From: Desulfobacterales bacterium
GTDB taxonomy: Bacteria > Desulfobacterota > Desulfobacteria > Desulfobacterales > JANQIE01
DNA: 64,000 nt
Direction of reading: 5' to 3'
NCBI GenBank assembly: GCA_028282295.1
Contig: JANQIE010000085.1
Span: 11,909-75,908 of the forward strand
Below the pieces are notes generated by a model. That model did not search any database and had not been told where the DNA came from. It was given only the letters and a program-made list of their open reading frames with translations. Each line of letters starts with the position of its first letter. Position 1 is the stretch's first letter. The position numbers and the translations under genes are program-made. Shown here in pieces: positions 33,414-43,900 of this stretch.

Positions 33414-33680
33414 CTAAGCTTTAAGGGCGTTGACCTTTTTGGTGAGCCGTGCGATTTTGCGGGCCGCGGTGTTGCTGTGGAGCACGCCTTTTTTGGCCGC
33501 TTTGTCGATGACCGACTGGGCGGTGTTCAAATGGCCCCGGGCGGCTTCGACGGCATTTTCGGATATGGCGGTATGCACTTTCTTGATGACGGATTTGACG
33601 CGCGTTTTAACGACACGGTTGCGCAGTCGTTGGATGTTATTTTGTCGCGCTCGTTTTAAAGCGGATTTATGGTTTGCCAA
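33414..33680 (-). CDS. rpsT: 30S ribosomal protein S20
   Basis: MANHKSALKRARQ...IDKAAKKGVLHSNTAARK. Confidence 0.97.
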   Translation of the reverse strand: MANHKSALKRARQNNIQRLRNRVVKTRVKSVIKKVHTAISENAVEAARGHLNTAQSVIDKAAKKGVLHSNTAARKIARLTKKVNALKA

Positions 33681-33811
33681 GGTGAAACTCCTTTCAAAGG
33701 TATTTGTTTAGAATCTGGATCAATTATATAAACCCTCTGTCGATGTCAAGCGTTTTTTATCGTCAGCCAGCGCCCATACCGATCATACCACTGGGTTGAA
33801 TGCCGTAAAAC

Positions 33812-35386
33812 ATGTCTGAATCCCGACAAATTACCAAAGCCGCCGGCGTCGTGAGCGCGGCCACATTTGCCAGCCGTGTGCTGGGGTATATCCGCGATAT
33901 GGTCATCGCCTGGTTCTTCGGCGCCGGGATGAGCGCGGATGCGTTTATCGCCGCTTTCACGGTGCCCAACATGTTACGGCGTTTATTTGGTGAGGGGACA
34001 TTGAGCAGCGCGTTTATTCCGGTTTTTAGTGATATCTTGTCCCGGCAGGGAAAGAACGAGGCGCTGTGCATGGCGCAGGCGGCATTTCGATTGGTGGCTG
34101 TATTGCTTCTGGCGATCACGGTGGTCGGGGTTTTTTTGTCGCCTCAGATTGTCAAGCTTATCACCCCGGGATTCGGCAGTGTGCCGGAAAAACTCGCGTT
34201 GACCATCCGGTTGACAAAGATCATGTTGCCGTATGTTTTTTTCGTCGGTCTGGTGGCGTTATGCATGGGCGTTTTGAACGGTCTGGATCATTTTCTGGCG
34301 CCGGCTCTGGCGCCGGTGATGTTGAACGTGGCTATGATCGGCGCGGTTTTGTGGTTGGCTCCGCGTTTTGACCAGCCGGTTTACGGATTGGCCGTGGGGG
34401 TTCTGATCGGAGGCGGATTACAGCTTTTGCTGCAATATCCTTTTCTAAAACAAAAAGGGTTTGCGTTCGACTTGTCGTCCCCCTGGCGTCATCCGGGGTT
34501 GCGTCGCATCGGCGGCTTGCTGTTTCCGGTGGTGTTCGGGGCTGCGGTTTATCAGATCAATATTTTGGTTGATCGCTTCCTGGCGTCACTGCTGCCCGGT
34601 GGGAGTGTTTCTTATCTTTATTATGCCGATCGGTTGGTTCAGTTTCCTTTGGGCTTGTTCGGCATGGCCGCTGCGACCGCCAGCCTGCCGTCCCTTTCCA
34701 GGCAGGCCGCCCGCCAGGATCTGGCGGCATTTCGTCGGACCGTGACGGAGTCCTTGCGGCTGGTTTTGTTTATTATTGTCCCGGCAATGGTTGGCTTGGT
34801 GGTGTTGCGTGAACCGATAACGGTGCTGTTGTTTCAGCGAGGGGCGTTCGATGCCACGACCTCCCGATTGACCGCGGTGGCGGTTTTATACTATGGTATG
34901 GGTCTGTGGGCGTTTGCTTCCGTCCGAATTGTGCTCGTGGCCTACTATGCGCTGCAGGATACGCGGACACCGGTTGTCTACGCGGCGATCGCCGTTGGTT
35001 TCAACATCGCCGCCGGCATCGTTCTGATGCGCTATCTGGACCACGGTGGACTGGCGTTGAGCACGTCGCTGGCTTCGGTGATAAACCTTGGTCTGTTGTT
35101 GCGGACCTTGCGGCGTAAACTGGGTCCCATGGGCTGGCGCGCCCTGGTGGCGGCACTTGTCCGAATCATCATTTGCGCGGGCGCTATGGGGCTTGGCGTT
35201 GGCATACTGGCCGGGCACTTGGTCGGTTCATATCACGACGGCACGCTTGTTCGGTTGTACGGTCTTGGCGTCAGTATACTTTCCGGGATCCTGATTTACG
35301 GTATTTGCGCGTTTTGCACGCGCAGTCCGGAATTAGGCAATATCATCGATTTCTTTCGCAAGCCCAAAGGGTTACAAAAAACGTGA
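33812..35386 (+). CDS. murJ: Lipid II flippase MurJ
   Basis: SRVLGYIRD, PNMLRRLFGEG, LYYADRLVQFPLG, YYALQDTRTPV. Confidence 0.96.
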   Translation: MSESRQITKAAGVVSAATFASRVLGYIRDMVIAWFFGAGMSADAFIAAFTVPNMLRRLFGEGTLSSAFIPVFSDILSRQGKNEALCMAQAAFRLVAVLLLAITVVGVFLSPQIVKLITPGFGSVPEKLALTIRLTKIMLPYVFFVGLVALCMGVLNGLDHFLAPALAPVMLNVAMIGAVLWLAPRFDQPVYGLAVGVLIGGGLQLLLQYPFLKQKGFAFDLSSPWRHPGLRRIGGLLFPVVFGAAVYQINILVDRFLASLLPGGSVSYLYYADRLVQFPLGLFGMAAATASLPSLSRQAARQDLAAFRRTVTESLRLVLFIIVPAMVGLVVLREPITVLLFQRGAFDATTSRLTAVAVLYYGMGLWAFASVRIVLVAYYALQDTRTPVVYAAIAVGFNIAAGIVLMRYLDHGGLALSTSLASVINLGLLLRTLRRKLGPMGWRALVAALVRIIICAGAMGLGVGILAGHLVGSYHDGTLVRLYGLGVSILSGILIYGICAFCTRSPELGNIIDFFRKPKGLQKT

Positions 35387-35670
35387 GCACACGACATGCA
35401 ATCTTGATGAGTCTGGGCGTCCTGATTTTGTTGGCTACGGCTTTGTACACCGTTTTTGGGGACAAAGGCCTGGTGGACGTGCTGCATTTGAAAGCTGAAA
35501 AAGCGCGCGTGACGGCGATCAATCAAGAGCTGACCGATGAAAATCTCAAGCTTTACCGTGAAATCGAGCGGTTAAAAAAAGATCCTGAATATATTGAGGA
35601 GGTCGCCCGCGGTGAACTCGGTGTTGTGGGCCAGGATGAGTTGGTCATCAAATTGAAAAAAGGCCGCTGA
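35383..35670 (+). CDS. ftsB: Septum formation initiator FtsB/DivIC
   Basis: TM, FGDKG, coiled coil, YIEEVARGELG; GTG overlaps the murJ stop. Confidence 0.85.
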   Translation: MSTRHAILMSLGVLILLATALYTVFGDKGLVDVLHLKAEKARVTAINQELTDENLKLYREIERLKKDPEYIEEVARGELGVVGQDELVIKLKKGR

Positions 35671-35682
35671 TAAAATAATATC

Positions 35683-35827
35683 GTGTCCATCCGGAAATGG
35701 TAGATTTTGGCGCCCGGCAAGGCCCGAGCACTTTTTAAAACCGCAGGCATAGTCATGCTATGTCGAGGATTTTAAAAAATGCGAGAACGCCGCCGGGGGC
35801 CAAAAAATGCCATTTCCGGATGGACAC
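35683..35827 (+). repeat. Long-hairpin repeat family, copy B
   Basis: gtgtccatccggaaatgg ... ccatttccggatggacac with nested stems. Confidence 0.9.
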
Positions 35828-35854
35828 AACCTAACCCTAAATCAAGCAGGTATA

Positions 35855-36166
35855 ATGACGGACAACGATTTCAACACACTGACCATGGCCAAGCTGTACG
35901 CCGATCAGGGGTACTATGTCGAAGCCGCCGACGTCTATCGATTTCTCCTCAAGCAATCACCAGGCGATAAAGAACTTGAAAAGGCACTGGCCGATGTCGA
36001 AGCCCAGATCGAGCCCCCGGAACCGCAGCCGTTTGGCGCCGTTGAGAACGAGCAGTTTGAAGAAAAAGCAAATCTGGAAAAGTTGTTTGAGCAATTCAGC
36101 GACTGGCTGATCCGCTACCGCCGGGTACGTGATCTGCATCGAATAAAGCAAAAACTAGTAAAATAG
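35855..36166 (+). CDS. TPR-like hypothetical protein
   Basis: TLTMAKLYADQGYYVEAADVYRFLL TPR-like motif. Confidence 0.7.
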   Translation: MTDNDFNTLTMAKLYADQGYYVEAADVYRFLLKQSPGDKELEKALADVEAQIEPPEPQPFGAVENEQFEEKANLEKLFEQFSDWLIRYRRVRDLHRIKQKLVK

Positions 36167-36298
36167 CACATTTAAAAATATGAATGCCTATCCGAACCAG
36201 TCCGGAGGTTCACTGCGGCCGGGACCGGGACGTGGGGGCGTTTGTGCCTATGCAATAAAAAAATGGGGTCGTTTACCATAGCAATATAAGGAGGATTG

Positions 36299-36796
36299 AT
36301 GCGCATCCAAAAAGGTCTTAACCTATCTTTGGCCGGGTTGTTATTGTTCGTCACATTCATGGGGCTCAGCGGATGCTCGGCCTTGAAGTCCCGTTCCAAG
36401 GGCGCGACGCCACCGGCAGCCTCAGCCAAATCAACGCAAGCCACACCCCGTTATTTTGAATTTGAAGATGTTTTGATTCCCGGTGAGTTGAAGATTGTGC
36501 GGGGGGCTTCGTTTGTATTCCAGGCGCAGGGTATGACGGCCGGTGTTCTGGCGTTTAAAGGGCGAGTGGAACTGCATTCGTTGATCACTTTTTTTGAAAA
36601 AAACATGGTCAAGGACAACTGGCAGGAGATTGCTTCGTTTAAATCACCACGTACGATGATGCTGTTTAACAAGCAGAATCGCTGGTGCGTAATCAACATT
36701 CGTGATGGTGAGTTGAGCACGGCCATCGAGATCTGGATATCGCCGTCGAACGGCATGTCCGCGGGTAGTATTTCCGAAAGCGGTTTGTTGCGCTGA
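36299..36796 (+). CDS. Hypothetical lipoprotein
   Basis: AGGAGG RBS, lipobox LSGC, YFEFEDVLIP. Confidence 0.75.
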   Translation: MRIQKGLNLSLAGLLLFVTFMGLSGCSALKSRSKGATPPAASAKSTQATPRYFEFEDVLIPGELKIVRGASFVFQAQGMTAGVLAFKGRVELHSLITFFEKNMVKDNWQEIASFKSPRTMMLFNKQNRWCVINIRDGELSTAIEIWISPSNGMSAGSISESGLLR

Positions 36797-36857
36797 TAAC
36801 GATCTGCTGCTAAGGGCTCTGTAAACGCCAAACGTTGAATCGAGTTGAAGGTCCGTC

Positions 36858-38066
36858 ATGCGTGTGAAGGGCAAAACGGTTTTATTGGGTGTCTGCGGCG
36901 GGATTGCGGCCTACAAGAGTGTTGAACTAGTGCGCCTGTTGACCAGACAGGAGGCGCGGGTACGTGTGGTAATGACATCCAATGCCCGCTGGTTTGTGGG
37001 GCCGGGGACGTTCCAGGCCCTGTCCGGCTTGCCGGTTTGTGACAACCTCTTCGCCGAGCAGGACGACGCGGCCATGCGTCATATCGATTGGGCGCAACAA
37101 GCCGATATTGTCGTTGTCGCCCCGGCCACAGCCAACGTGATCGGCAAAGTGGCCAATGGGATTGCCGATGACGCCCTGACGACCTTTGTGATGGCGGCCA
37201 CGGCGCCGGGGATCATGTGCCCGGCCATGAATACCCATATGTATGAGAAACCGGCGGTGCAGCGCAACATCGACACTCTGGAAGCGGACGGTTGGTACGT
37301 AATGGAGCCGGATGCCGGGCAGTTGGCCTGCGGCACACTCGGTCCCGGCCGTTTGCCCGAACCGGCCGCCATTGCCGATCGCATCACGGCACGGCTGACG
37401 CCCAAGGATCTTGCCGGCAAGCGTGTTCTGGTGACCGCCGGTCCGACCCATGAAGCCATCGATCCGGTGCGGTTCATCAGCAATCCAAGTACCGGTAAAA
37501 TGGGCTACGCCATTGCACGGGCCGCCGGGCACCGGGGCGCCGAGGTGACCCTGATCAGCGGGCCGACCCATTTGACGCCGCCGTATTACCTGCAAACCAT
37601 TGGCGTGCAGACAGCGCAGGAAATGGCCGATGCGGTCTTTGAACGGGCCAAGCAGGCTGATGTTATCGTCAAGGCCGCTGCCGTGGCCGACTATCATGTC
37701 CGGGCACCGCGTACCCATAAGATAAAAAAGCAATCGGACTCGCTGCAGATCGGCCTTAAAAAAAATATCGATATCCTCGCCGAGCTTGGTCGCCGCAAAA
37801 AGAATCAGATACTGGTCGGTTTTGCCGCTGAAACCCGGGACCTGGATGTCAACGCCAATGAAAAACTACAGCGTAAACACCTGGATATGATCGTCGGCAA
37901 TCTAGTTGGCAATGCCGACTCCGGTTTTGGCGCCGAGACGAACCGGGTGGTTTGCTACACGCAGGGCAAACGGCCCGAAGCACTGCCCCTGCTGCCGAAA
38001 GATGACGTGGCCCACGCACTTTGGGACCGCATTGTGCAAACATTCATAACAAGTGACGGCTCGTGA
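36858..38066 (+). CDS. coaBC: Bifunctional PPC decarboxylase/synthetase
   Basis: GGIAAYKS, APATAN, PAMN, TAGPTHEAIDPVRFISN.STGKMG, VGFAAET. Confidence 0.97.
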   Translation: MRVKGKTVLLGVCGGIAAYKSVELVRLLTRQEARVRVVMTSNARWFVGPGTFQALSGLPVCDNLFAEQDDAAMRHIDWAQQADIVVVAPATANVIGKVANGIADDALTTFVMAATAPGIMCPAMNTHMYEKPAVQRNIDTLEADGWYVMEPDAGQLACGTLGPGRLPEPAAIADRITARLTPKDLAGKRVLVTAGPTHEAIDPVRFISNPSTGKMGYAIARAAGHRGAEVTLISGPTHLTPPYYLQTIGVQTAQEMADAVFERAKQADVIVKAAAVADYHVRAPRTHKIKKQSDSLQIGLKKNIDILAELGRRKKNQILVGFAAETRDLDVNANEKLQRKHLDMIVGNLVGNADSGFGAETNRVVCYTQGKRPEALPLLPKDDVAHALWDRIVQTFITSDGS

Positions 38067-38800
38067 TGTCCGAACCCGAATCTCATCGTGTGTCCATCGC
38101 ACCGCAACAATTTGCCGCGGTTGTCGATCAGGTGCGGCAAAGTTTGACAGCGTTGGCGCAGCAGGGACTCGACGGGGTTGATTGCTCGCGTCAAAGCCTT
38201 GCAATTATTGAAAGGTGGGGCCGTGAACCGGCGGTTGACGCACAGGATTTGGACGGGGTTCGCAAGATCCTGGGGGACTGCCGGCGCTGCCGTCTGGCAC
38301 GGGGCCGCAAGGCGATTGTTTTTGGTGAAGGGGATGCCGACGCCGATCTTGTTTTTGTCGGGGAATACCCCGCCGTCGAGGACGATCGGCAGGGGCGTCC
38401 GTTCACGGGCTCTGCGGGGCGCTTGCTGGCCCGCATTATCGAAGCCATGTCGTTGACCCGCGAGCAGGTTTATCTTTGCAGCATCGTTAAATGCTGTCCG
38501 ACCGACGACCGCCCCCCATCATCGGAAGAGATCGAAGCCTGCCTGCCGTTTTTAAAACGCCAACTGGCCGCATTGCAACCCAAGGCGATTATTGCTCTGG
38601 GCGGTCTGGCCGCCCGGACATTGTTGGCGAGCCCCGAACCGATTGCCCGGTTGCGCGGCAGGTTCCATGAATATCAACAGATCAAAGTCATGCCGACGTT
38701 TCATCCCGCCTATCTGCTGCGCCACCCGGAGCACAAGCGTGCCGTGTGGGAGGATGTGCAGCAGGTTATGCGGCTGCTCGGCCTAAAAGCCGGTAAGTAG
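38063..38800 (+). CDS. Uracil-DNA glycosylase family 4-like (atypical active site)
   Basis: CRRC, VFGEG, GRPF.G.AG, TFHPAYLLR; motif A reads GEYPA. Confidence 0.85.
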   Translation: MMSEPESHRVSIAPQQFAAVVDQVRQSLTALAQQGLDGVDCSRQSLAIIERWGREPAVDAQDLDGVRKILGDCRRCRLARGRKAIVFGEGDADADLVFVGEYPAVEDDRQGRPFTGSAGRLLARIIEAMSLTREQVYLCSIVKCCPTDDRPPSSEEIEACLPFLKRQLAALQPKAIIALGGLAARTLLASPEPIARLRGRFHEYQQIKVMPTFHPAYLLRHPEHKRAVWEDVQQVMRLLGLKAGK

Positions 38801-38837
38801 TGGTTTAAATCAATGTCATTCAAAAGGATCGTAAACC

Positions 38838-40130
38838 ATGCGAACGACGCTTTTCCAATGGTTCACCCTTTGTGTCCTGGCGGTTGCCGGTGTGATGCCC
38901 GCGCCCGCCCTGAGCGCCACTTCCCAGGTCCATAGCATCAGGATTGAAAGCCCCATCGGTGTCGCGGTGGCCGAGTTTGTTGACAACGGCATCAAAGCCG
39001 CCAACCGGGCCGATGCCGCCTGCGTGTTGATCGAACTCGATACGCCCGGCGGCCTGGGAGTTTCGATGCGCACCATTGTGCAGGCGATTTTAAACAGCCG
39101 GATACCGGTGATTGTCTATGTTGCCCCCAGCGGTGCCCGTGCGGCGTCCGCCGGCGTGATGATTACCATCGCGGCGGATGTCGCCGCCATGGCACCCGGC
39201 ACCAATATCGGCGCCGCCCACCCGGTGAGCGCCGGCGGTAAGGAAATTAACAAAACCATGGATGAAAAGGTGACCAACGATATGGTCGCCTATGTGAAAA
39301 GTATTGCCGAAGAACGTGGTCGTAACGCGGCGTGGGCTGAAAAAGCGGTGCGCGAGAGTATTTCCGCCACGGAAACCGAAGCGCTCAAGGAAAAGGTGAT
39401 CGACCTGATCGCACGCGACCGCGACGCGCTTTTAAAGGCGCTGGACGGCCGTGACATCAAAGGCAAAGGCACCCTTAACCTTAAGGAGGTTGAGATTGTC
39501 GAGGTTAAGGAAAATTTGCGAACCAAGGTCTTGAAAATCATCAGCGATCCGAACATCGCGTATATTTTGCTGATGATCGGGTTGGCCGGTCTTTACTTCG
39601 AACTCAGTCATCCGGGGGCGATCGTTCCGGGGGTGATCGGCGGGATTGCGATTATTCTGGCCTTTTTTGCCATGCAAACCCTGCCGGTCAATTACGCCGG
39701 GATCCTGCTGATCGTCCTGGCATTGGTTTTCTTCATCATGGAGATGAAAATCACCAGTTACGGGTTGTTGAGCGTGGCCGGTATTATTGCCCTGTCTTTG
39801 GGCTCGCTGATGCTCTTCAAGGACGCCGGGCCGGCGATCCGATTGTCCTGGGGGGTTCTGGTGCCGACCCTGGTCATGGTGTCAGGGTTTTTTGTGATGG
39901 CGGCCGGGCTTGTGTTTCGCGCCCATACCCGTAAACCGATGACCGGCGTGCGCGGGTTGATTGGTGAAACCGGTACTGTGAAGGCGGCGTTATCCCCGGC
40001 CGGTAAAGTGTTGGTGCACGGCGAACTGTGGCAGGCCAAGGCCGACCGGGAGGTTGCCGCCGGAGAAAAAGTCCGCGTGACCGCGGTAAACGGTCTGGTT
40101 TTGAAGGTGGAGCACTTTACGGAAGAATAG
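38838..40130 (+). CDS. nfeD: NfeD family membrane-bound serine protease
   Basis: LDTPGGL, GARAASAG, MAPGTNIGAAHPV, C-terminal OB fold VHGELWQA. Confidence 0.93.
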   Translation: MRTTLFQWFTLCVLAVAGVMPAPALSATSQVHSIRIESPIGVAVAEFVDNGIKAANRADAACVLIELDTPGGLGVSMRTIVQAILNSRIPVIVYVAPSGARAASAGVMITIAADVAAMAPGTNIGAAHPVSAGGKEINKTMDEKVTNDMVAYVKSIAEERGRNAAWAEKAVRESISATETEALKEKVIDLIARDRDALLKALDGRDIKGKGTLNLKEVEIVEVKENLRTKVLKIISDPNIAYILLMIGLAGLYFELSHPGAIVPGVIGGIAIILAFFAMQTLPVNYAGILLIVLALVFFIMEMKITSYGLLSVAGIIALSLGSLMLFKDAGPAIRLSWGVLVPTLVMVSGFFVMAAGLVFRAHTRKPMTGVRGLIGETGTVKAALSPAGKVLVHGELWQAKADREVAAGEKVRVTAVNGLVLKVEHFTEE

Positions 40131-40161
40131 GGCGACGAATTCTATCAAAAGGAGATGAAAG

Positions 40162-40929
40162 ATGCTTAATCTTTATGGAATTGTGATCATAGCCGCACTG
40201 GTCATTTTGTTCCTTTGGAGTGCGCTCAAGGTTCTGAACGAGTATGAACGCGGGGTGATTTTCCGCCTGGGCCGTGTCATCAAGGCCAAGGGGCCCGGCC
40301 TGATTATTTTGATCCCGATTATTGATAAAATGGCGAAAGTCAGTTTGCGCCTGGTCGCCATGGATGTAGATCCGCAGGATGTCATCACCCATGACAATGT
40401 ATCGGTAAAAGTGAATGCCGTTATTTATTTTCGGGTGATCGATCCGATCAAGGCCATCATTGAAGTGGAAAACTATCACTATGCCATGAGCCAATTGGCC
40501 CAGACTACCTTGCGCAGTGTGTGCGGACAGGCCGAACTGGACGAATTACTTTCGGCGCGTGATAAAATCAACACCCAGTTGCAGGAGATTCTCGATACCC
40601 ATACCGATCCCTGGGGCATCAAAGTCGCCACCGTGGAATTGAAACATATTGATCTGCCTTCGGAGATGCAGCGCGCCATGGCCAAACAGGCCGAAGCCGA
40701 ACGGGAGCGGCGTGCGAAAGTAATCAATGCCGAAGGTGAATATCAGGCCGCCTCGAAACTTTCCGAAGCCGCCCAGATTATCGACGAGTATCCGGTTGCC
40801 CTGCAACTGCGCTACTTGCAGACCATGCGCGAGATGTCGGCCGAGCAGAACACGACCACCATCTTTCCGTTCCCCATGGATGTTTTCAAACCGTTGCTGA
40901 AGTTTCTGGATGGCAAAGACAGGGGGTGA
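40162..40929 (+). CDS. Slipin/stomatin (SPFH) protein
   Basis: [40 protein letters not shown]. Confidence 0.95.
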   Translation: MLNLYGIVIIAALVILFLWSALKVLNEYERGVIFRLGRVIKAKGPGLIILIPIIDKMAKVSLRLVAMDVDPQDVITHDNVSVKVNAVIYFRVIDPIKAIIEVENYHYAMSQLAQTTLRSVCGQAELDELLSARDKINTQLQEILDTHTDPWGIKVATVELKHIDLPSEMQRAMAKQAEAERERRAKVINAEGEYQAASKLSEAAQIIDEYPVALQLRYLQTMREMSAEQNTTTIFPFPMDVFKPLLKFLDGKDRG

Positions 40930-40960
40930 TTTACCCCGACTTTTGAAACGTTGGCGTTTA

Positions 40961-43900
40961 TTATAAAAGATGTTGCACCAGCGCCCGGGTTGCTTCATCA
41001 GGTGGGGAGGAGATGGTTTTGCGCAGGGCTTTTTGGCAGGCCCGGAACACCCACAGGGCTTCGTTGGGCCGCTGCTGGTCGAGATACAGACGGATCAGTT
41101 CGCGGTAGCTGTTCTCAAAAGACGGATCGATCTGCATTAGGGTTTGGTAGCACCAGATGGCCCGGTTTACGGCATTGTTGGAAAGGTGAATGTCTGCCAG
41201 AGCGAGGTGCAGTTGGCGGTGTTTCTGCTTTAGTTTTTCGCGCCGCGTCTTGACCCATTCGGCATACCGTTCCTCCGGAAGAAAATCGCCTTCATATAAA
41301 TCACGGGCCTGCTCGTAGTAAACGATGGCTTCTCTTTTGCGGCGCTGTCGCAGTTTATTTTCCGCCTGGCGGCACAATTCCTCGAAGTGATCGCAGTCCA
41401 CTTGCAGGTGGTGGGGGTCAAGTGAGATGAGATTGTCCTTGAGGGTGATATACGATGCGCTGGTTTTATGTTTGAGATCTTTTTCCAGAGCGGCGCGCAG
41501 CCGGTGCAGGGTGACTTTGAAAACTTTTTCGGCGGTCGCAAGCGAGCTTTTCGGCCAAAGGTCTTCGAATATAAGTTCCTTGGGGATTTGTATGCCGCCT
41601 CGCGCCACGATGACTTTAAGTAAACGGAACGGTTTGCGGCGGTTCAGCGATTTAGGGGCCATCGCCCGGCCGTCTTTGATAATTCTAAAACCGCCTAGTG
41701 TCCGGACTTCCAATGATGACAGCCGACGGCGCGTAATCTGTTTTTTTATGATTCGGGCCACTTTTTGGATACACCTGCTTGGGTGACTTTCCAGCCGGCT
41801 GAGCTCGCCCTTGATCGCAGGGCTGTTGTTTTGCACCAGAATACTGTCGATAAACTGAACCGCCCCTTTTACTTTCAGCTCCGCCGCCAGGGCACAGGCG
41901 CCGACAAAATCGGCGGGACTCAAAATCAGGTTGTGAATGTAGGCACGTTGTTTGAAAATTACAATTCCCCGGGCCAGTTGGGATTTGGCTTCCGGCTGGT
42001 TGTCACGGGCAAATTCCAGCAGCCCCAAAGCAAGATGCATTTCGGCAAGCGAAAGGTGACTTTCGATCGCTTTGAAATAGGCCAGCGCTTCGGTGAGTTG
42101 TTTTTGGGCCGTTTGAAACTTTTTGCAATGGCAGTAGAGCAGGCCCAAGACCCCCTTGGCGCGCAGGAAGTGGTGTTTGGACGCCCCTTTCTGGTCGGCC
42201 AAAAAGGCGATCGATTTTTCCATGTAGTGGATCGCCGTGTCAAAATCGGCGTTGAAATAATGGTATTTGCCTAACAGCCCCCAACCGAGACCTTTCAAAA
42301 AGTGATTTCTAACCGAATCGGTCAGGTCCAGCAACTGTTCGGCGGATGTCTTGACGGCATCCAATTTTCCCACGGAAAGACGCAGAATGTTCTTAAAGTA
42401 GAATACCGAGGGTTGCAGCGAATTATAGCCGTAAGCCTCGATCAATTCTTCCAATTCCATGATATAGGCGTCGGCCTGTTTGAAATTGCCGCTGTAGATA
42501 TGAAACGAGGATATACTAAGCAGATAACCGGCCTTGATTTCCGGGTCGTTGGCGTCGAGCAGATCGTCGATGCGGTCAAAGAGATCGGCGGCTTCCCTGA
42601 ATTCGCCGAGAAAGGTGTGGCCGAACACACAATAAACCAGCGCTTTGGCCTGGATATCGCGGTCGCGTAAGTGTTGACCCAGAACAAACGCGGTCCGGCA
42701 TGCGCGCAGGCCGGCGCGCACGTCGCCGGTGCCTCGGATGTGGCCAAGGCCGACCTGGAGCCATAACACCGCAGTTTCGTTGGTCTGCTCTTCCTTTGAG
42801 GGCCGCGCGAGTAATGCTTCCGCTTGTTTGAGAAGTTTTTCAACAGGCACCTTGAAGTAACCACCTTGAAAAGAGTATTCGATCAAATTGGCCAGTGCCA
42901 GCATCCGGCCGGTGTGGTTGTTTTGTTTTTGAAAAAGCGTGCAGGCGTCATGCAGGCAGGCGACCCGGTTTTTGACATCGGCAAAGCGCCGGGTTTTGGC
43001 TTTCATGAACAACAGCCAGGGAGATTGTTCGATTTGGGCGACCGGTAATTTTTGCAACCAGCTTTCCAGATCCGCACCCCGGCCCATGGACAAGAGCGAC
43101 AAACCGACGCGTTCGATAACTTTTACGGCCAGTTTGGGCGCTTCGGCATGCAGGTAGAAGTGAACCGCATTTTCAAGTTCGTTGCGTCGTTCGTAAGTCG
43201 TGGCCGCGGCCATGAAGAGCCAGCGGCGGTCCTCTTGGGTCAACACGGTTTGGCATTTATACTGTAAAAATTCCTTAAACAATTGATGGAAACGGTAGAC
43301 GATTCGGTTGTTAGCGTTCACCAGCGATTGAGTGAAGAAATTGTTTTGTGCCAGATTATAAAAAATGGTTTGGGCGTCCTTGCGCCCCAGGCAGGTATTG
43401 ACAAGATCGGTATCCACATGGTCAAAAACCGATGACCGGATGAGCAGGCTTTGCGTCGGCTTGGGCAGGGTCGCAAAAATCTCCTCGCTGAAATAGTTGA
43501 AAATATCTTCCGGAAGCCGGTGGTCGGGGTGTTGGTGAAGATCCACTTCGCCGTTTTGAGTTGGAAAGCGGTTGTACATTTCGGTTACCAGGATAAGCCC
43601 GCCGATCCACCCCTCGGTTTTGGTGTGAATTTCAGCGCTTTTTTCCGGTGAATACGCATTCGGCAGATCCTGGTTTAAAAAAGTCCGTGATTCTTCCAGC
43701 GTCAGGGCCAGTTCAGTATTGTCGACGATTAAAACCTGACGCTTCAGTTTCAGACGCTGAACATTGAAGGGCGGGTGATTGCGTGAAAGAACCAGAAACT
43801 GAACCTGGGGAGGGGAGTCTATAACGATGCGCTGCAGTAATTCCAGACTTGGTGCCCCGGCCGGTATTTTTTCCAGGCCGTCCAAAACGATAAGCATCGG

